DNA of 64,000 nucleotides, taken from contig JAAFIF010000016.1 of assembly GCA_013298625.1 (NCBI GenBank), forward strand, positions 11,320 through 75,319, in the 5' to 3' direction. The notes beneath the pieces were generated by a model. It had not been told where the DNA came from, ran no database searches, and saw nothing but the letters and a program-made list of their open reading frames with translations. The translations under genes and the position numbers were made by a program. Shown one piece after another: positions 1 through 8,792 of the stretch. Position 1 is the stretch's first letter. Each line of letters opens with the position of its first letter. This DNA comes from Myxococcales bacterium (GTDB taxonomy: Bacteria; Myxococcota_A; Polyangia; Polyangiales; Ga0077539).

Positions 1-84
1 CCCGGCGAGCCGTCGGCGCCATCCAAGCCCAAGGCGCCGACGGACCCCAGCGAGCCGTCGGACAACCCGTTCAGCGACGAGTGA
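1..84 (+). CDS. 3' end of an unidentified upstream gene (partial, runs off the left edge)
   Basis: Frame 1 is open from nt 1 to TGA at 82-84 (...PSEPSDNPFSDE*). Only 9 nt separate it from the GTG of the next gene, suggesting one operon. Function cannot be judged from 27 low-complexity residues. Confidence 0.35.
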   Translation, partial: PGEPSAPSKPKAPTDPSEPSDNPFSDE

Positions 85-93
85 ACCAACACC

Positions 94-1467
94 GTGTTGC
101 GCCTGGGATTGCGGCTACCCCCCAACGGCGAAGGCGCGCTCGAAGACTTTCGTGTGCGACCCGAGCACCTCGTCACGCACGCCGTCGTCACAGGAATGAC
201 CGGGAGCGGCAAGACCGGCCTCGTCTTCGTCCTCGTCGAAGAGGCGCTGCGCGCGGGCGTTCCGGTGCTCGTCATCGACGTGAAGGGCGACCTCGCGAAC
301 CTCTTGCTCGCCTTCGAGCCGGGGGACCCGAGCGCGTTCGCTCCGTGGCTCAGCGGCGACGACGTCCAGCAGCAAGCCGAGAAGCTCTGCGCCTCGCGCG
401 ACAAGGGCCTCGCGCGCGCGAACCTCGGGCCCGCTGACGTCCTGAAGTTCGCCGAACGAACGGCGGTTCGCGTCCTCACACCCGGAACGACCAGCGGCGA
501 GCCCGTGCACTTGCTCTCGTCCCTCGAGCGTCGCTCTGCGCTCTGGGACAGCGACGAAGAGTCCGCGCGCGACAGCCTCGCCTCGGCGGTCTCGCTCGTC
601 CTGCGGCTGCTCGGGCGCGACGCCGACCCCGCGCGATCCCGCGAGCACGTCTTGCTCTCGGTCCTCGCCGAGCGCCGCCTGCGCGCAGGGCAGCCCGCGG
701 ACCTGCCGTCGCTGCTCGCGGACCTGGACGTTCCGCCGATCGAGAAGGTCGGCGCGATGCCGATCGACCGCTTCGTGTCCAAGAAGGACCGCAACGCGCT
801 CGCGGCGGCGCTCAACGCGCTGATCGCCTCGCCCAGCTTCGAGTCGTGGCGGCGCGGAGCGGCGCTCGACGTCGCCGAGTGGCTCGCGCCCCGTGAAGCA
901 AAGACCAACGCGGTCGTGCTCAGCGTCGCTCACCTCGACGAAGAAGAGCGCAAGCTCGTGCTCGGCCTGGTGTTCGACGAGCTGCTCGCCTACACGCGCG
1001 GGCTCGCGGGGTCTTCGAAGCTCGAAGCGCTGGTCGTCATCGACGAGGTGTACGGCATGCTCCCGCCGCACCCAGCGAACCCGCCCACCAAGCGGCCGCT
1101 CGTCTCGATGATGAAGCAAGCGCGCGCGTTCGGCGTGGGCGTGGTGCTCGCGACGCAGAACCCTATGGACCTCGACTACCGCGCGCTCAGCAACGCGGGG
1201 CTCTGGTTCGTGGGGCGACTGCAGACCGACGCCGACCGCGACCGCGTGATCGACGGCCTCGCCGACGCCGACGGCGGTCTGGGCGACGCGACGTCGAAGA
1301 GCGCGCTCCACGGCGTGGTCAAGCGCCTGAGCCGACGGTGGTTTCTCGTCCGCAACGTGCACGACGGCAACGCGTGCTCGCTGCTGCAGCCGCGGCAGAC
1401 GATCTGCTGGCTGCGCGGGCCGATGACGCGGGCAGAGCTGCGCGGCGCGGTGCGGGGGCGGACGTAG
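94..1467 (+). CDS. FtsK/HerA-superfamily P-loop NTPase (HerA-like / DUF853-like)
   Basis: 457-aa ORF with GTG start. Walker A 'VVTGMTGSGKTG', Walker B 'ALVVIDEVYG', then 'VVLATQNPMDLD' as in FtsK/HerA/VirB4-type ATPases. Confidence 0.75.
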   Translation: MLRLGLRLPPNGEGALEDFRVRPEHLVTHAVVTGMTGSGKTGLVFVLVEEALRAGVPVLVIDVKGDLANLLLAFEPGDPSAFAPWLSGDDVQQQAEKLCASRDKGLARANLGPADVLKFAERTAVRVLTPGTTSGEPVHLLSSLERRSALWDSDEESARDSLASAVSLVLRLLGRDADPARSREHVLLSVLAERRLRAGQPADLPSLLADLDVPPIEKVGAMPIDRFVSKKDRNALAAALNALIASPSFESWRRGAALDVAEWLAPREAKTNAVVLSVAHLDEEERKLVLGLVFDELLAYTRGLAGSSKLEALVVIDEVYGMLPPHPANPPTKRPLVSMMKQARAFGVGVVLATQNPMDLDYRALSNAGLWFVGRLQTDADRDRVIDGLADADGGLGDATSKSALHGVVKRLSRRWFLVRNVHDGNACSLLQPRQTICWLRGPMTRAELRGAVRGRT

Positions 1468-1505
1468 GCGGGGGAGGGGGCGAAGCGCAACCGCGAGCCT
1501 GCTTG

Positions 1506-2252
1506 CTACGGGGGCTCCGCGCTCGGAGTCGAGTCGCGCGGCCGGACGAGCGCGGCCGGCACCTCGCTCGCACGACGCTCGGCGAGCTCGTAGCCCACGG
1601 GCCGCTGCTCGCTCTCGCATAGCGCAGCGCCTCCCAGTTGCAGCGGACGAACGCGCGGGGAGCCGACGCCCTCGCGGCGCTCGAAGGCTTCGAGGTCCTG
1701 CGCCGCCACCTTCGCGAGCTCTCCGCGAAGCGTCGGGAGCAGCTCGCGAAGGTGCGTGGCGAGCGCGTCCGCGATCTTCTCCTGCCACGCGCGATCCTCT
1801 TCCGTGGGCGCGCTCCACGTCGCGAGGTCGACCAGCGTGACGCCGCCCGCCTTCAACAGCGCGAGCACGAAGGTCGCGCAGGTAAACTCGGATTGTGCGG
1901 GGATCGAGCCGTTCGTGTTGATATCGAGCTTCTCGATGGACGTGCCGTAGCGCGTCGGCTGCGGCCAGCGCTCGATCGCGTCGCACATCGCCACAACGCT
2001 CTCGACTTGGAACGGCAATAGATCGAGGTTGATCGCCGCGAGCTGATCGCGAAACGACGCGTCGACGAAACCCGTTCGATCGCCGAACTGCAGGTCGAAA
2101 TACCACGCGAGGTGCACAAGCCGCGTGGCGCCATCGGACTCGTATCGCAGCCCCGCGTGCCACTGCGTCGGCCGGACCTGCGCCAACACGACCGCGACGC
2201 CCGATCGGTCCCGGTCCGAAGGCAGCTCGACGTCCACAAACGCAGAGCTCAT
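1506..2252 (-). CDS. hypothetical protein, 248 aa (ordered His...Cys pair; a permuted papain/NlpC-like fold is only a guess)
   Basis: Track ORF 1506..2318 trimmed to the ATG at 2252 (MSSAFVDVEL...), which overlaps the TGA of the upstream 714-aa gene (ATGA). Motifs 'QWHAGLRY' and 'EFTCATFVLALL'. No family recognisable by eye. Confidence 0.6.
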   Translation of the reverse strand: MSSAFVDVELPSDRDRSGVAVVLAQVRPTQWHAGLRYESDGATRLVHLAWYFDLQFGDRTGFVDASFRDQLAAINLDLLPFQVESVVAMCDAIERWPQPTRYGTSIEKLDINTNGSIPAQSEFTCATFVLALLKAGGVTLVDLATWSAPTEEDRAWQEKIADALATHLRELLPTLRGELAKVAAQDLEAFERREGVGSPRVRPLQLGGAALCESEQRPVGYELAERRASEVPAALVRPRDSTPSAEPP

Positions 2253-4393
2253 CGCTGCGCCGCCATCACCGCCTGACGTGCCTTGCTCTCGGAGAGCCCG
2301 TCGCGCTCGCGCAGCCATCGCTCGACGCGTGCGGCGAACGCGTCGCGCGCAGCGAACGCGCTGGCGCTCTCGCGCGTCATCGAGAGCAGCAGCGTCGCCG
2401 CGGCGCGCGGAAGCGCGTCGGGGTCGTCGAGCGCGACGAACAGCGCGTCGATCGTCGGCGCATCACCGCTCAACAGCAGCGCTCGTAGCCAGTCCAGCCA
2501 CTCGGCCAGCGCCCTTTGGGTCGCGCCCGACGGCTCCCGCGCGCGCAGCTGCGCCAGCCGCGCGATCAACGCGCGGGCTCGCTCGGACCGATCGTTGGCA
2601 GCGATCGAGGCCCACCAGGCGTTGCGCTCCGCTGCCTCCTCGGGTGTGAGCCACGGCCACTCGAACGCGGTCGGAGTGGCGGACGCGCGCGCGCGCTGCG
2701 CGCGGATGAAGCGCTCGATCGCTTGCATCGGAGCGTCGCCGACGGCCGCGGGCAGCTCGCCAACGGTGAACGACCAGGACCACGGCTTGCTCTGCCAGCA
2801 CAGGGTCGCCCGCGCTGGCGCGTCCAGCTGCAGCGCTGGCTGCTCGCGCACGGCGAGGGACGAGACCATCCAGCCCGCGGCGAGCTTCGCGCACATGGCG
2901 TTGAAGTCCTCCCAGGCGCGCTCGCTGTCGGGCCGGTAGTCGCCGAGCAGCTCAATCGCGTCCATCGGCCTCTGCAGATCCACCAGTCGCCGCGCGGTGC
3001 GCGCGTACAACCTCGCGCCGCGATCATCGTGCGGCGGAACGACCTCGGCCGCCCGCCGCATCGCGCTCCGCGCCGCGTCCCGCTCGTCCGCGAGGACGCT
3101 CGCGCGGATGGCGCGCGACCAGAACAGCGCGTTGTCGGGCCAGCCCTCGGTGGCCTCGCGATAGCCCGCGGCGGTCTGCGCGACGGACTCGAGCTCGGGC
3201 CGCGCGTGGGCGCGGTTGAAGTGCAGGTAGTGTAGGGCGTACGCGCGCAGCCGTCCGTCCAGAGCCTCGCGGTCGAGCAGCCGCTGGTAGAGCGTCGCGG
3301 CTTGCTCGAACTGCCTGCTCTCGGACAGGGCGCGCGCGTGCTCGACCAGCAGCTCGACGCCGTACATTGAGCGCGACCATGCCTGGTCGGCGTCGCCGCT
3401 CGCGAGCAAGTGACGAAAGAGCTGATGGGTCTCGGTCGGCGAGGGCGCGCGGTCTTCGCGCGCGATCATCGAGGCGGCGAGCTGCCGGTGCAGCTCGCGG
3501 ACGCGCGTGGCGGGAGCGGCGCGGTCGTACCATTCGACCCAGCCATCGTCGAGCGCGAGCGCTCCTGCGCGCTCGCTCCACAGGCCGAGCGAGAGCCCTC
3601 GCTCGATGCCCTCCGACGAGACGTCGGGCCAGCGCTCGACGAGGGACCGCGCGATCGGACGGCCGTGCACGGCGAGCCAGCGAAGCACGGTGCGAACGGA
3701 CTCTGCGACGAGGTCCCAGATGCGCTCGCGCAGCGCTGTCGCCTCGATCGGCTCGACCGTGCGCGCGCCGAGCGCCTGCAGCGCGAGCGCGAGCCGGTAG
3801 GTTGCGCTGTCGCCCACGTCCTCCCAACTCACGCTGGCCGCGCGCGGCGCGCCGTTCATCAAGCGAACGCCCGGCGCGCTCGCCGGTCGCAGCGGGACAG
3901 CCCTTCGCTCGCGCCGCTCGACCACCGGCGCGCGGCCCGTCACGACCACGGCGCGGTCGAGGCAGAAGCGCCACAGCCGCTGCGCGCGCTCGCCGAGGGC
4001 GTCACCGAGCGAATCCGCTCTGCGCGGCGCCAGTCGATCGAGGTGTTCGACCGCGAGCCAGCGCCCTTCGAGCGCGGCTTCGAGCGTCGCGAGCCACGCT
4101 TCGTAGCGGGACGCTGACGCGAGCGCGTCCCGCAGTTGCTCGCCCTGCGCTGCGCCCGCGTCGGGGTAGAGCGCGTCGAGCAGCGCGAGCGACGCCTCGG
4201 GAACCTGGTCGAGCGCCGCGGGGATGCGCAGCACGACGACGGGACACGGCGCGGCCGCGACGATCGCGGGCACGAGCCGCTCTGCGTCGATCGTCGGGGA
4301 CGGCCGCACGATCGTGAGCGCGCCGCCGCGGGCCTGCTCGATCACCCCGGCCGCTTGCTCGACGAGTTCTGGCGAGTTCTCGATGCGCAGCAC
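2249..4393 (-). CDS. large hypothetical protein, 714 aa: N-terminal alpha/beta region without a P-loop plus helical/TPR-like repeats
   Basis: Uninterrupted 714-aa ORF about 100 nt downstream of hsdS on the same strand. It has no GxxxxGK[ST] and only 3 Lys in 714 aa. Strand-like 'CPVVVLRIP' and 'RWLAVEHLDRL'. The central region 'RQFEQAATLYQRLLD...RLRAYALHYLHFNRA...ALFWSRAIRASV' looks TPR-like. Confidence 0.7.
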   Translation of the reverse strand: MLRIENSPELVEQAAGVIEQARGGALTIVRPSPTIDAERLVPAIVAAAPCPVVVLRIPAALDQVPEASLALLDALYPDAGAAQGEQLRDALASASRYEAWLATLEAALEGRWLAVEHLDRLAPRRADSLGDALGERAQRLWRFCLDRAVVVTGRAPVVERRERRAVPLRPASAPGVRLMNGAPRAASVSWEDVGDSATYRLALALQALGARTVEPIEATALRERIWDLVAESVRTVLRWLAVHGRPIARSLVERWPDVSSEGIERGLSLGLWSERAGALALDDGWVEWYDRAAPATRVRELHRQLAASMIAREDRAPSPTETHQLFRHLLASGDADQAWSRSMYGVELLVEHARALSESRQFEQAATLYQRLLDREALDGRLRAYALHYLHFNRAHARPELESVAQTAAGYREATEGWPDNALFWSRAIRASVLADERDAARSAMRRAAEVVPPHDDRGARLYARTARRLVDLQRPMDAIELLGDYRPDSERAWEDFNAMCAKLAAGWMVSSLAVREQPALQLDAPARATLCWQSKPWSWSFTVGELPAAVGDAPMQAIERFIRAQRARASATPTAFEWPWLTPEEAAERNAWWASIAANDRSERARALIARLAQLRAREPSGATQRALAEWLDWLRALLLSGDAPTIDALFVALDDPDALPRAAATLLLSMTRESASAFAARDAFAARVERWLRERDGLSESKARQAVMAAQR

Positions 4394-4493
4394 GGGGCGA
4401 ATCTAGCCCTGCGGATACGCGCTCAGCAAGCCGCGCGGGCGAGGGGGCGCTACCCTGCGTTGGCGCGCGCACGAGCGCGGTGTCGCCGATCGC

Positions 4494-6038
4494 CTACCGC
4501 TTTCGATGCGAGGGCTTCGCGTACGCCGATTGGACCGCGTGCGTCGCCGTCGCGGCGCGACCCGCGCGCGCAGCGGCAAGGGAGTCGGGGACGGGCTTCG
4601 GGCGGCGTGCAGCAGTCGGCGGCGGGGCGACGCGCTCGGGCTCCTCTGTGGGCGCGCTGGGGGCGCTCTCTCCTCGGGGCTTGCGCGGCTTCTTCGCGGG
4701 CGCGTCGGCCTTCGCGCGCTCGGCGCGGACGCGGTCGAGCATCACCGACGCCGGCTCGTCCGCCGGGTCCTGCTCCACGAGCTCACCGCGAAACGCCTTC
4801 GCGAGCAGAGAGCGTTCGAGCGTGTCGAGCTGCGCGCGCGCGGACTCGGCGGCGGCGAGCATCGAGCACGCCCGGGCGAACGCGGCGTCGATCCGCGCGA
4901 CGATCGCGCGTTGTTCGTCGAGCGGGGGAAGGGGGATCTGGAGATCGCGCAGCTGTCGCAAGCTCAGTGACGCCTTTGTCATCCCGTACTCGATCTCGCG
5001 GATGGTCTTTTGAATCCCCGCGGGATCGAGAAGACACCATGCCAAATAGTCAGAGTCGACTCGATGTGTAGGGCGGCACAGCGCAACGTGTTGATTCACA
5101 TAGGCCTCTCCCAGGGAAGAGCGAACCACAGCTGTCTTTCCAACATCTGCTGTGATCGTGATGAGCACATCGCCTGGCTTCAAGCCGGTACGCGTACCTT
5201 CTGCGTCGCGCGGAGGGTCGACAAACGCGATCGAAGACAGATCGAGCTCGACTTGATTGCGCCCAAAATTTCCAACTCGAACGAAAGTCGCGCCACTCGT
5301 TGCATAGTGCTCCGACCAACCGCGAGATCCGCTTGTCACCGCCGAGCAGATCTCCCCCAGCGGCGAAGCTGGTGCCGTGACGCAGGCAAACGCCACCCCC
5401 AACACGCTCTTCTTGTACCGCTCCACCATCGCCGGCACCGCATCGAGCGCCTCCCGCGCCCGACGGATGCGCCCGAGCAGCGCCTCCAGCTTCGCGACGA
5501 TCCTCCGCTGCTCCGCGAGAGGGGGCAGAGGCACACGGAGTTCGCCGAAGCGTCCTGCTCCGAGATGCGCGATATTGGTGGTGATCTTCGCGATCGCTCG
5601 AAACTGCCCCGAGTGCATCATCCATCGAAAGAGCTGGAGCGCCCACGACTGCGATACGAACGACGCTCCTCGAAACCGCACCAACGAGTTGGTGAAGCAT
5701 GCTCCAGGCAGTTCTCCTCGATACATGGCGGGGCGGCCCACGAGCTCGAGGCTCTGTCCCTCGTTGAGCAGCACATCACCGTGCTCGAGCTTGAACGTCT
5801 CGAACTCCGCTGGCGTGAAGTTCATCTCCATGACATCGCCGATGTCGATGCGATCCTCGAAGACGTTGGCGACGCGCAGATACGGACGCATGTGCGTGCC
5901 GCGATGGTTGTCTGGCGATCGCTGACGGCCAAGTTGCACGCGGCCGATCTCCGCCACCGTCGCCCAACACCACCCCGTCGGCAGCGGCTCCCCTTCGCCC
6001 ACAATCCCCGCGGCCTCGCTGTTCACGCGCTTGCCCAT
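4494..6038 (-). CDS. hsdS: type I restriction-modification specificity subunit HsdS
   Basis: Track ORF 4494..6995 trimmed to the ATG at 6038 (MGKRVNSEAAG...), which overlaps the hsdM stop by 1 nt (TGATG). Two target-recognition halves each end in the conserved HsdS helix: 'LPPLAEQRRIVAKLEALL' and 'LPPLDEQRAIVARIDAAF'. It carries an unusually long Pro/Ala/Lys-rich C-terminal tail. Confidence 0.9.
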   Translation of the reverse strand: MGKRVNSEAAGIVGEGEPLPTGWCWATVAEIGRVQLGRQRSPDNHRGTHMRPYLRVANVFEDRIDIGDVMEMNFTPAEFETFKLEHGDVLLNEGQSLELVGRPAMYRGELPGACFTNSLVRFRGASFVSQSWALQLFRWMMHSGQFRAIAKITTNIAHLGAGRFGELRVPLPPLAEQRRIVAKLEALLGRIRRAREALDAVPAMVERYKKSVLGVAFACVTAPASPLGEICSAVTSGSRGWSEHYATSGATFVRVGNFGRNQVELDLSSIAFVDPPRDAEGTRTGLKPGDVLITITADVGKTAVVRSSLGEAYVNQHVALCRPTHRVDSDYLAWCLLDPAGIQKTIREIEYGMTKASLSLRQLRDLQIPLPPLDEQRAIVARIDAAFARACSMLAAAESARAQLDTLERSLLAKAFRGELVEQDPADEPASVMLDRVRAERAKADAPAKKPRKPRGESAPSAPTEEPERVAPPPTAARRPKPVPDSLAAARAGRAATATHAVQSAYAKPSHRKR

Positions 6039-7456
6039 CACCCCATCTCCTCGACGAGCGCGCGCACTTCGCTCAGCGCGACGCCCAATTGCTCTTCGAT
6101 CGCCCGGGCGATCACGATGGGCTCGTCGAGGACGTCCCCGTGGCCGCTGCCCTCTTCGCGCAGCCACGAGAGGTCCAGGTTGTCTCCGCGCGCTTTGATC
6201 TCGTCCCGCGTAAACGCGCGCCATCGGCCCTTCTCGCCCTGGTCCGTGCGCTTGCCCGATCCGTCGCGCTTGTCGCCGAACGCGGCCTCGAACTCCGCGA
6301 AGTGCGCGCGCGTGAGCGGGGTGCGCTTGCCGAAGCTCGGCATGTTGGTGCGCAGGTCGTAGACCCAGCACTTCTTCGTCGCGCCCCTGTCGCTCTTGGC
6401 GCGCGTGAAGAACAGCACGTTGGTCTTCACGCCCTGCGCGTAGAAGATGCCCGTGGGCAGCCGCAGGATCGTGTGCAAATCGCACTTGTCCATCAGGTCC
6501 GCGCGCACCTGCGCGCCCACCCCGTCCTCGAACAGCACGTTGTCCGGAACGACCACCCCCGCGCGCCCGCCCCCCTTCAGCGCCTGCACGATGCGCTGCA
6601 CGAAGAGCAATTGCTTGTTCGACGTGCTGTAGGTGAAGCCCGAGGCGTCCAGCACGTCCCCGCCCTTCTTCGTGCCGAACGGCGGGTTCGAGAGCACGAC
6701 GTCGTAGGTGTTCTTGAAGGCGAACTCGCTGGTGAGGGCGTCGCCGACGGTCATCGCTCCGTCGATGCCGTGGAGCATGAGGTTCATGAGGGCGAGCCGC
6801 GCGGTGTCTGGGACCAGCTCGACGCCGTTGAGCGCCTCGGTGACCTGAAACGTCTGCTGCGCCGGCTTGAGATCGAACAGGTCGTTGGTCTTTCCTCGCA
6901 CGTACGCGTCCGCGCGAATCAAGAACCCTCCCGTGCCCGCGGCCGGGTCCAGCACGCGCTCGCCTGCCTGCGGCTGGATCAGCTCGACCATGCAATCGAC
7001 CAGCGGGCGCGGCGTGAAGTATTGCCCCGCGCCGGACTTCACCTCGCCCGCGTTCTTCTGCAGCAAGCCCTCGTACATCTCGCCGAGCTGCTCTTTGTCC
7101 TGCGAGAACCAGTCGAGCCCGTCGATGCTCTCGACCAGCTTCGACAGGTTGCGCGGCTGCCGCATGGAAGTCTGCGCGTCCTGGTAGATCGCGCGCACCA
7201 TCGCGTCCTTCGACTTGCTCAGCGAGAGCAGCATGCCCTTGTACGCGTCGAGCCTCGCCTCGCCGACGGTGCTCTTCAGCTCGCTCCAGTGCGCGTCCTT
7301 CGGCAGCTTCTGCTCGAGCTTCTTCTCCGCCGCCATCTTCAAGAACAGCAGGTACGTCAGCTCGGTCACGTACTGCTGATAGGTGATCCCGTCGTCGCGG
7401 AGGATGTCGCAGAAGCCCCAGAGCTTCGCGACGATGTCACTGGTCGTCTCGGCCAT
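6038..7456 (-). CDS. hsdM: type I restriction-modification N6-adenine DNA methyltransferase HsdM
   Basis: Trimmed to the ATG at 7456 (MAETTSDIVAKLWGFCDILRDDG..., an HsdM N-terminal domain). AdoMet motif 'VLDPAAGTGGFL' and catalytic motif IV 'NPPFG'. Confidence 0.93.
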   Translation of the reverse strand: MAETTSDIVAKLWGFCDILRDDGITYQQYVTELTYLLFLKMAAEKKLEQKLPKDAHWSELKSTVGEARLDAYKGMLLSLSKSKDAMVRAIYQDAQTSMRQPRNLSKLVESIDGLDWFSQDKEQLGEMYEGLLQKNAGEVKSGAGQYFTPRPLVDCMVELIQPQAGERVLDPAAGTGGFLIRADAYVRGKTNDLFDLKPAQQTFQVTEALNGVELVPDTARLALMNLMLHGIDGAMTVGDALTSEFAFKNTYDVVLSNPPFGTKKGGDVLDASGFTYSTSNKQLLFVQRIVQALKGGGRAGVVVPDNVLFEDGVGAQVRADLMDKCDLHTILRLPTGIFYAQGVKTNVLFFTRAKSDRGATKKCWVYDLRTNMPSFGKRTPLTRAHFAEFEAAFGDKRDGSGKRTDQGEKGRWRAFTRDEIKARGDNLDLSWLREEGSGHGDVLDEPIVIARAIEEQLGVALSEVRALVEEMG

Positions 7457-7735
7457 CGCAGCGCGGGACGATGCCACGGCCCGCCCCGAGCACGGTGGAC
7501 GCGCTGTCAAGAAATTGGACAGCTGAATGCCTGCGCACCCCCCATCGACTTTGCTGCTTGTTCTTCAGGTCCCGAGCGATGCGTCTCGACCGTGCGAGGG
7601 GCGAACAATGTCTGTCGAAAACTGGCGACACGCCATCTGCGTGGGGCAGCTTCGGGCCGTATCCACATCCATAAGCGGTTCGATGTCCGGGTGATGCCGA
7701 CGTCGCGCCGCGCCACCAGAGAGGAACGGACTGTC

Positions 7736-8188
7736 ATGGACCTGCAGACGGAGATTCGAGCGTCGCTCGATCGCGCCAACACAGCGAGCGCGCGCCTTCA
7801 TCGCGCGACCGACGCGCTGAACAAGAAGCTCACCGAGGTCGAGGCCGCGCTCGTCGCGCAGTCGCTCGGCGTCTCGGCGAGCGTCGTCATCGAGAAGGGC
7901 GAGCTGACGCCCTCGTTGGTCGAGCTCTGCTTCACCAAGCGCAACAAGCAGTGGGGCCTGTTCATCGAGATCACGACGGACGTCTTGGCCTTCGAGAGCA
8001 CGCTCGCGCCCATCGTCAACGCGAGCCGCGAGCATCGCCTCGCCGCCGTGCGCGCGCTGCCCGAGCTCATCGCCCAGCTGGCCACCGCGGCCGAAGCGCA
8101 GCTCGCGTCGGTGCAAGCCGCGACCGTCACCGCGTCGAACATCCTCGACGCGCTGCTCGACGCGAACGACGAGGAGATCCCCTTCTGA
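7736..8188 (+). CDS. hypothetical 150-aa protein, predicted helical/coiled-coil
   Basis: This is the real part of track ORF 6089..8188. ATG at 7736 is preceded by GAGGA at 7721-7725. The stop overlaps the next ATG (TGATG at 8186-8190). No nucleotidyltransferase (GS...DxD) motif. Confidence 0.6.
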   Translation: MDLQTEIRASLDRANTASARLHRATDALNKKLTEVEAALVAQSLGVSASVVIEKGELTPSLVELCFTKRNKQWGLFIEITTDVLAFESTLAPIVNASREHRLAAVRALPELIAQLATAAEAQLASVQAATVTASNILDALLDANDEEIPF

Positions 8189-8748
8189 TGCGCTGGCAGG
8201 ACCTGATTCGCGAGGCGAGACGCCGCATCACCGGCCCCCGAGGACAAGCGCAGATCGCCCGGCGTCGCGCGGTCTCCGACGCCTACTACGCGTTGTTTCA
8301 CTGCGTCACCTCCACCGCCTCCGAGCGTTGGATCGGTGACAACCCGCTGGGGCCGCCGCTGGCCGAGCGGCTCGAGCGCTGGTTTCAGCACGGCCAGCTC
8401 AAGAAGGTCGCCCTGTGGGGGCTCGAGCACCCGCAGCCGCGCAACAGCGCGCCGCTCAAGCCCGCGGTGCTCGAGCTGCTCACGGACTCGAGCACCAGGC
8501 CTCCCACGTCGCTCCTCACGCCCGACGCGCGCCTCGCGCTGCAGGCCATCAAGGACCTGCAGGAGGCGCGACATCGCGCGGACTACGACCGCTCTCCGCA
8601 GGTGAACTTCACGCACACCGAGGCAGCCACGCTGATCGAACAAGCGCGGGACGGGTGCGACGCGATTCGACGGATGCGTCGCACCGCGATCGGACGCGTT
8701 CTGCTGGTGCTCATGTTGGTCGGCGACCAGGCCGCGCCCGCGCGCTGA
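8188..8748 (+). CDS. UPF0332/HEPN-like domain protein, 186 aa
   Basis: Starts MRWQDLIREARR at 8188. 'RRRAVSDAYYALFHCVTS' and 'LQEARHRADYD' match the two signature blocks of UPF0332-type HEPN proteins (the YYAxF helix and R-x-x-x-D-Y). Confidence 0.6.
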   Translation: MRWQDLIREARRRITGPRGQAQIARRRAVSDAYYALFHCVTSTASERWIGDNPLGPPLAERLERWFQHGQLKKVALWGLEHPQPRNSAPLKPAVLELLTDSSTRPPTSLLTPDARLALQAIKDLQEARHRADYDRSPQVNFTHTEAATLIEQARDGCDAIRRMRRTAIGRVLLVLMLVGDQAAPAR

Positions 8749-8792
8749 CCGCTCCGCGACGGGCGCGACGATGTGCTATGGTCGGGGACGCC

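Noticed and set aside
115-2163. 682-aa minus-strand ORF covering the HerA-like gene
   Set aside because: It is antisense to a motif-bearing ORF and overlaps the 1506-2252 gene. Its Arg/Ala/Gly-rich composition has no motifs and is typical of off-frame ORFs in high-G+C DNA.
2249-4393. Calling the 714-aa protein a bona fide STAND/AAA ATPase
   Set aside because: I searched the translation for GxxxxGK[ST] and found none, and there are only three Lys overall. It is therefore described only as NTPase-like in layout, without a P-loop.
4494-6995. 833-aa ORF suggesting a much longer HsdS
   Set aside because: The first 319 aa or so are an out-of-frame read-through across hsdM (Arg-rich nonsense). The HsdS-like sequence starts at the ATG at 6038, which overlaps the hsdM stop.
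7502-7522. Palindrome GCTGTC-n9-GACAGC and a perfect TTGACA (minus strand, 7504-7509) in the hsdM/cassette divergent intergenic region, considered as operator and -35 box
   Set aside because: There is no acceptable -10 element at 16-18 nt spacing and the arms are only 6 bp. This is too weak to call a promoter or operator without transcript data.
6089-8188. 699-aa plus-strand ORF
   Set aside because: Most of it is antisense to hsdM. Only the last 150 codons, from the ATG at 7736 with an upstream GAGGA, look like a gene.
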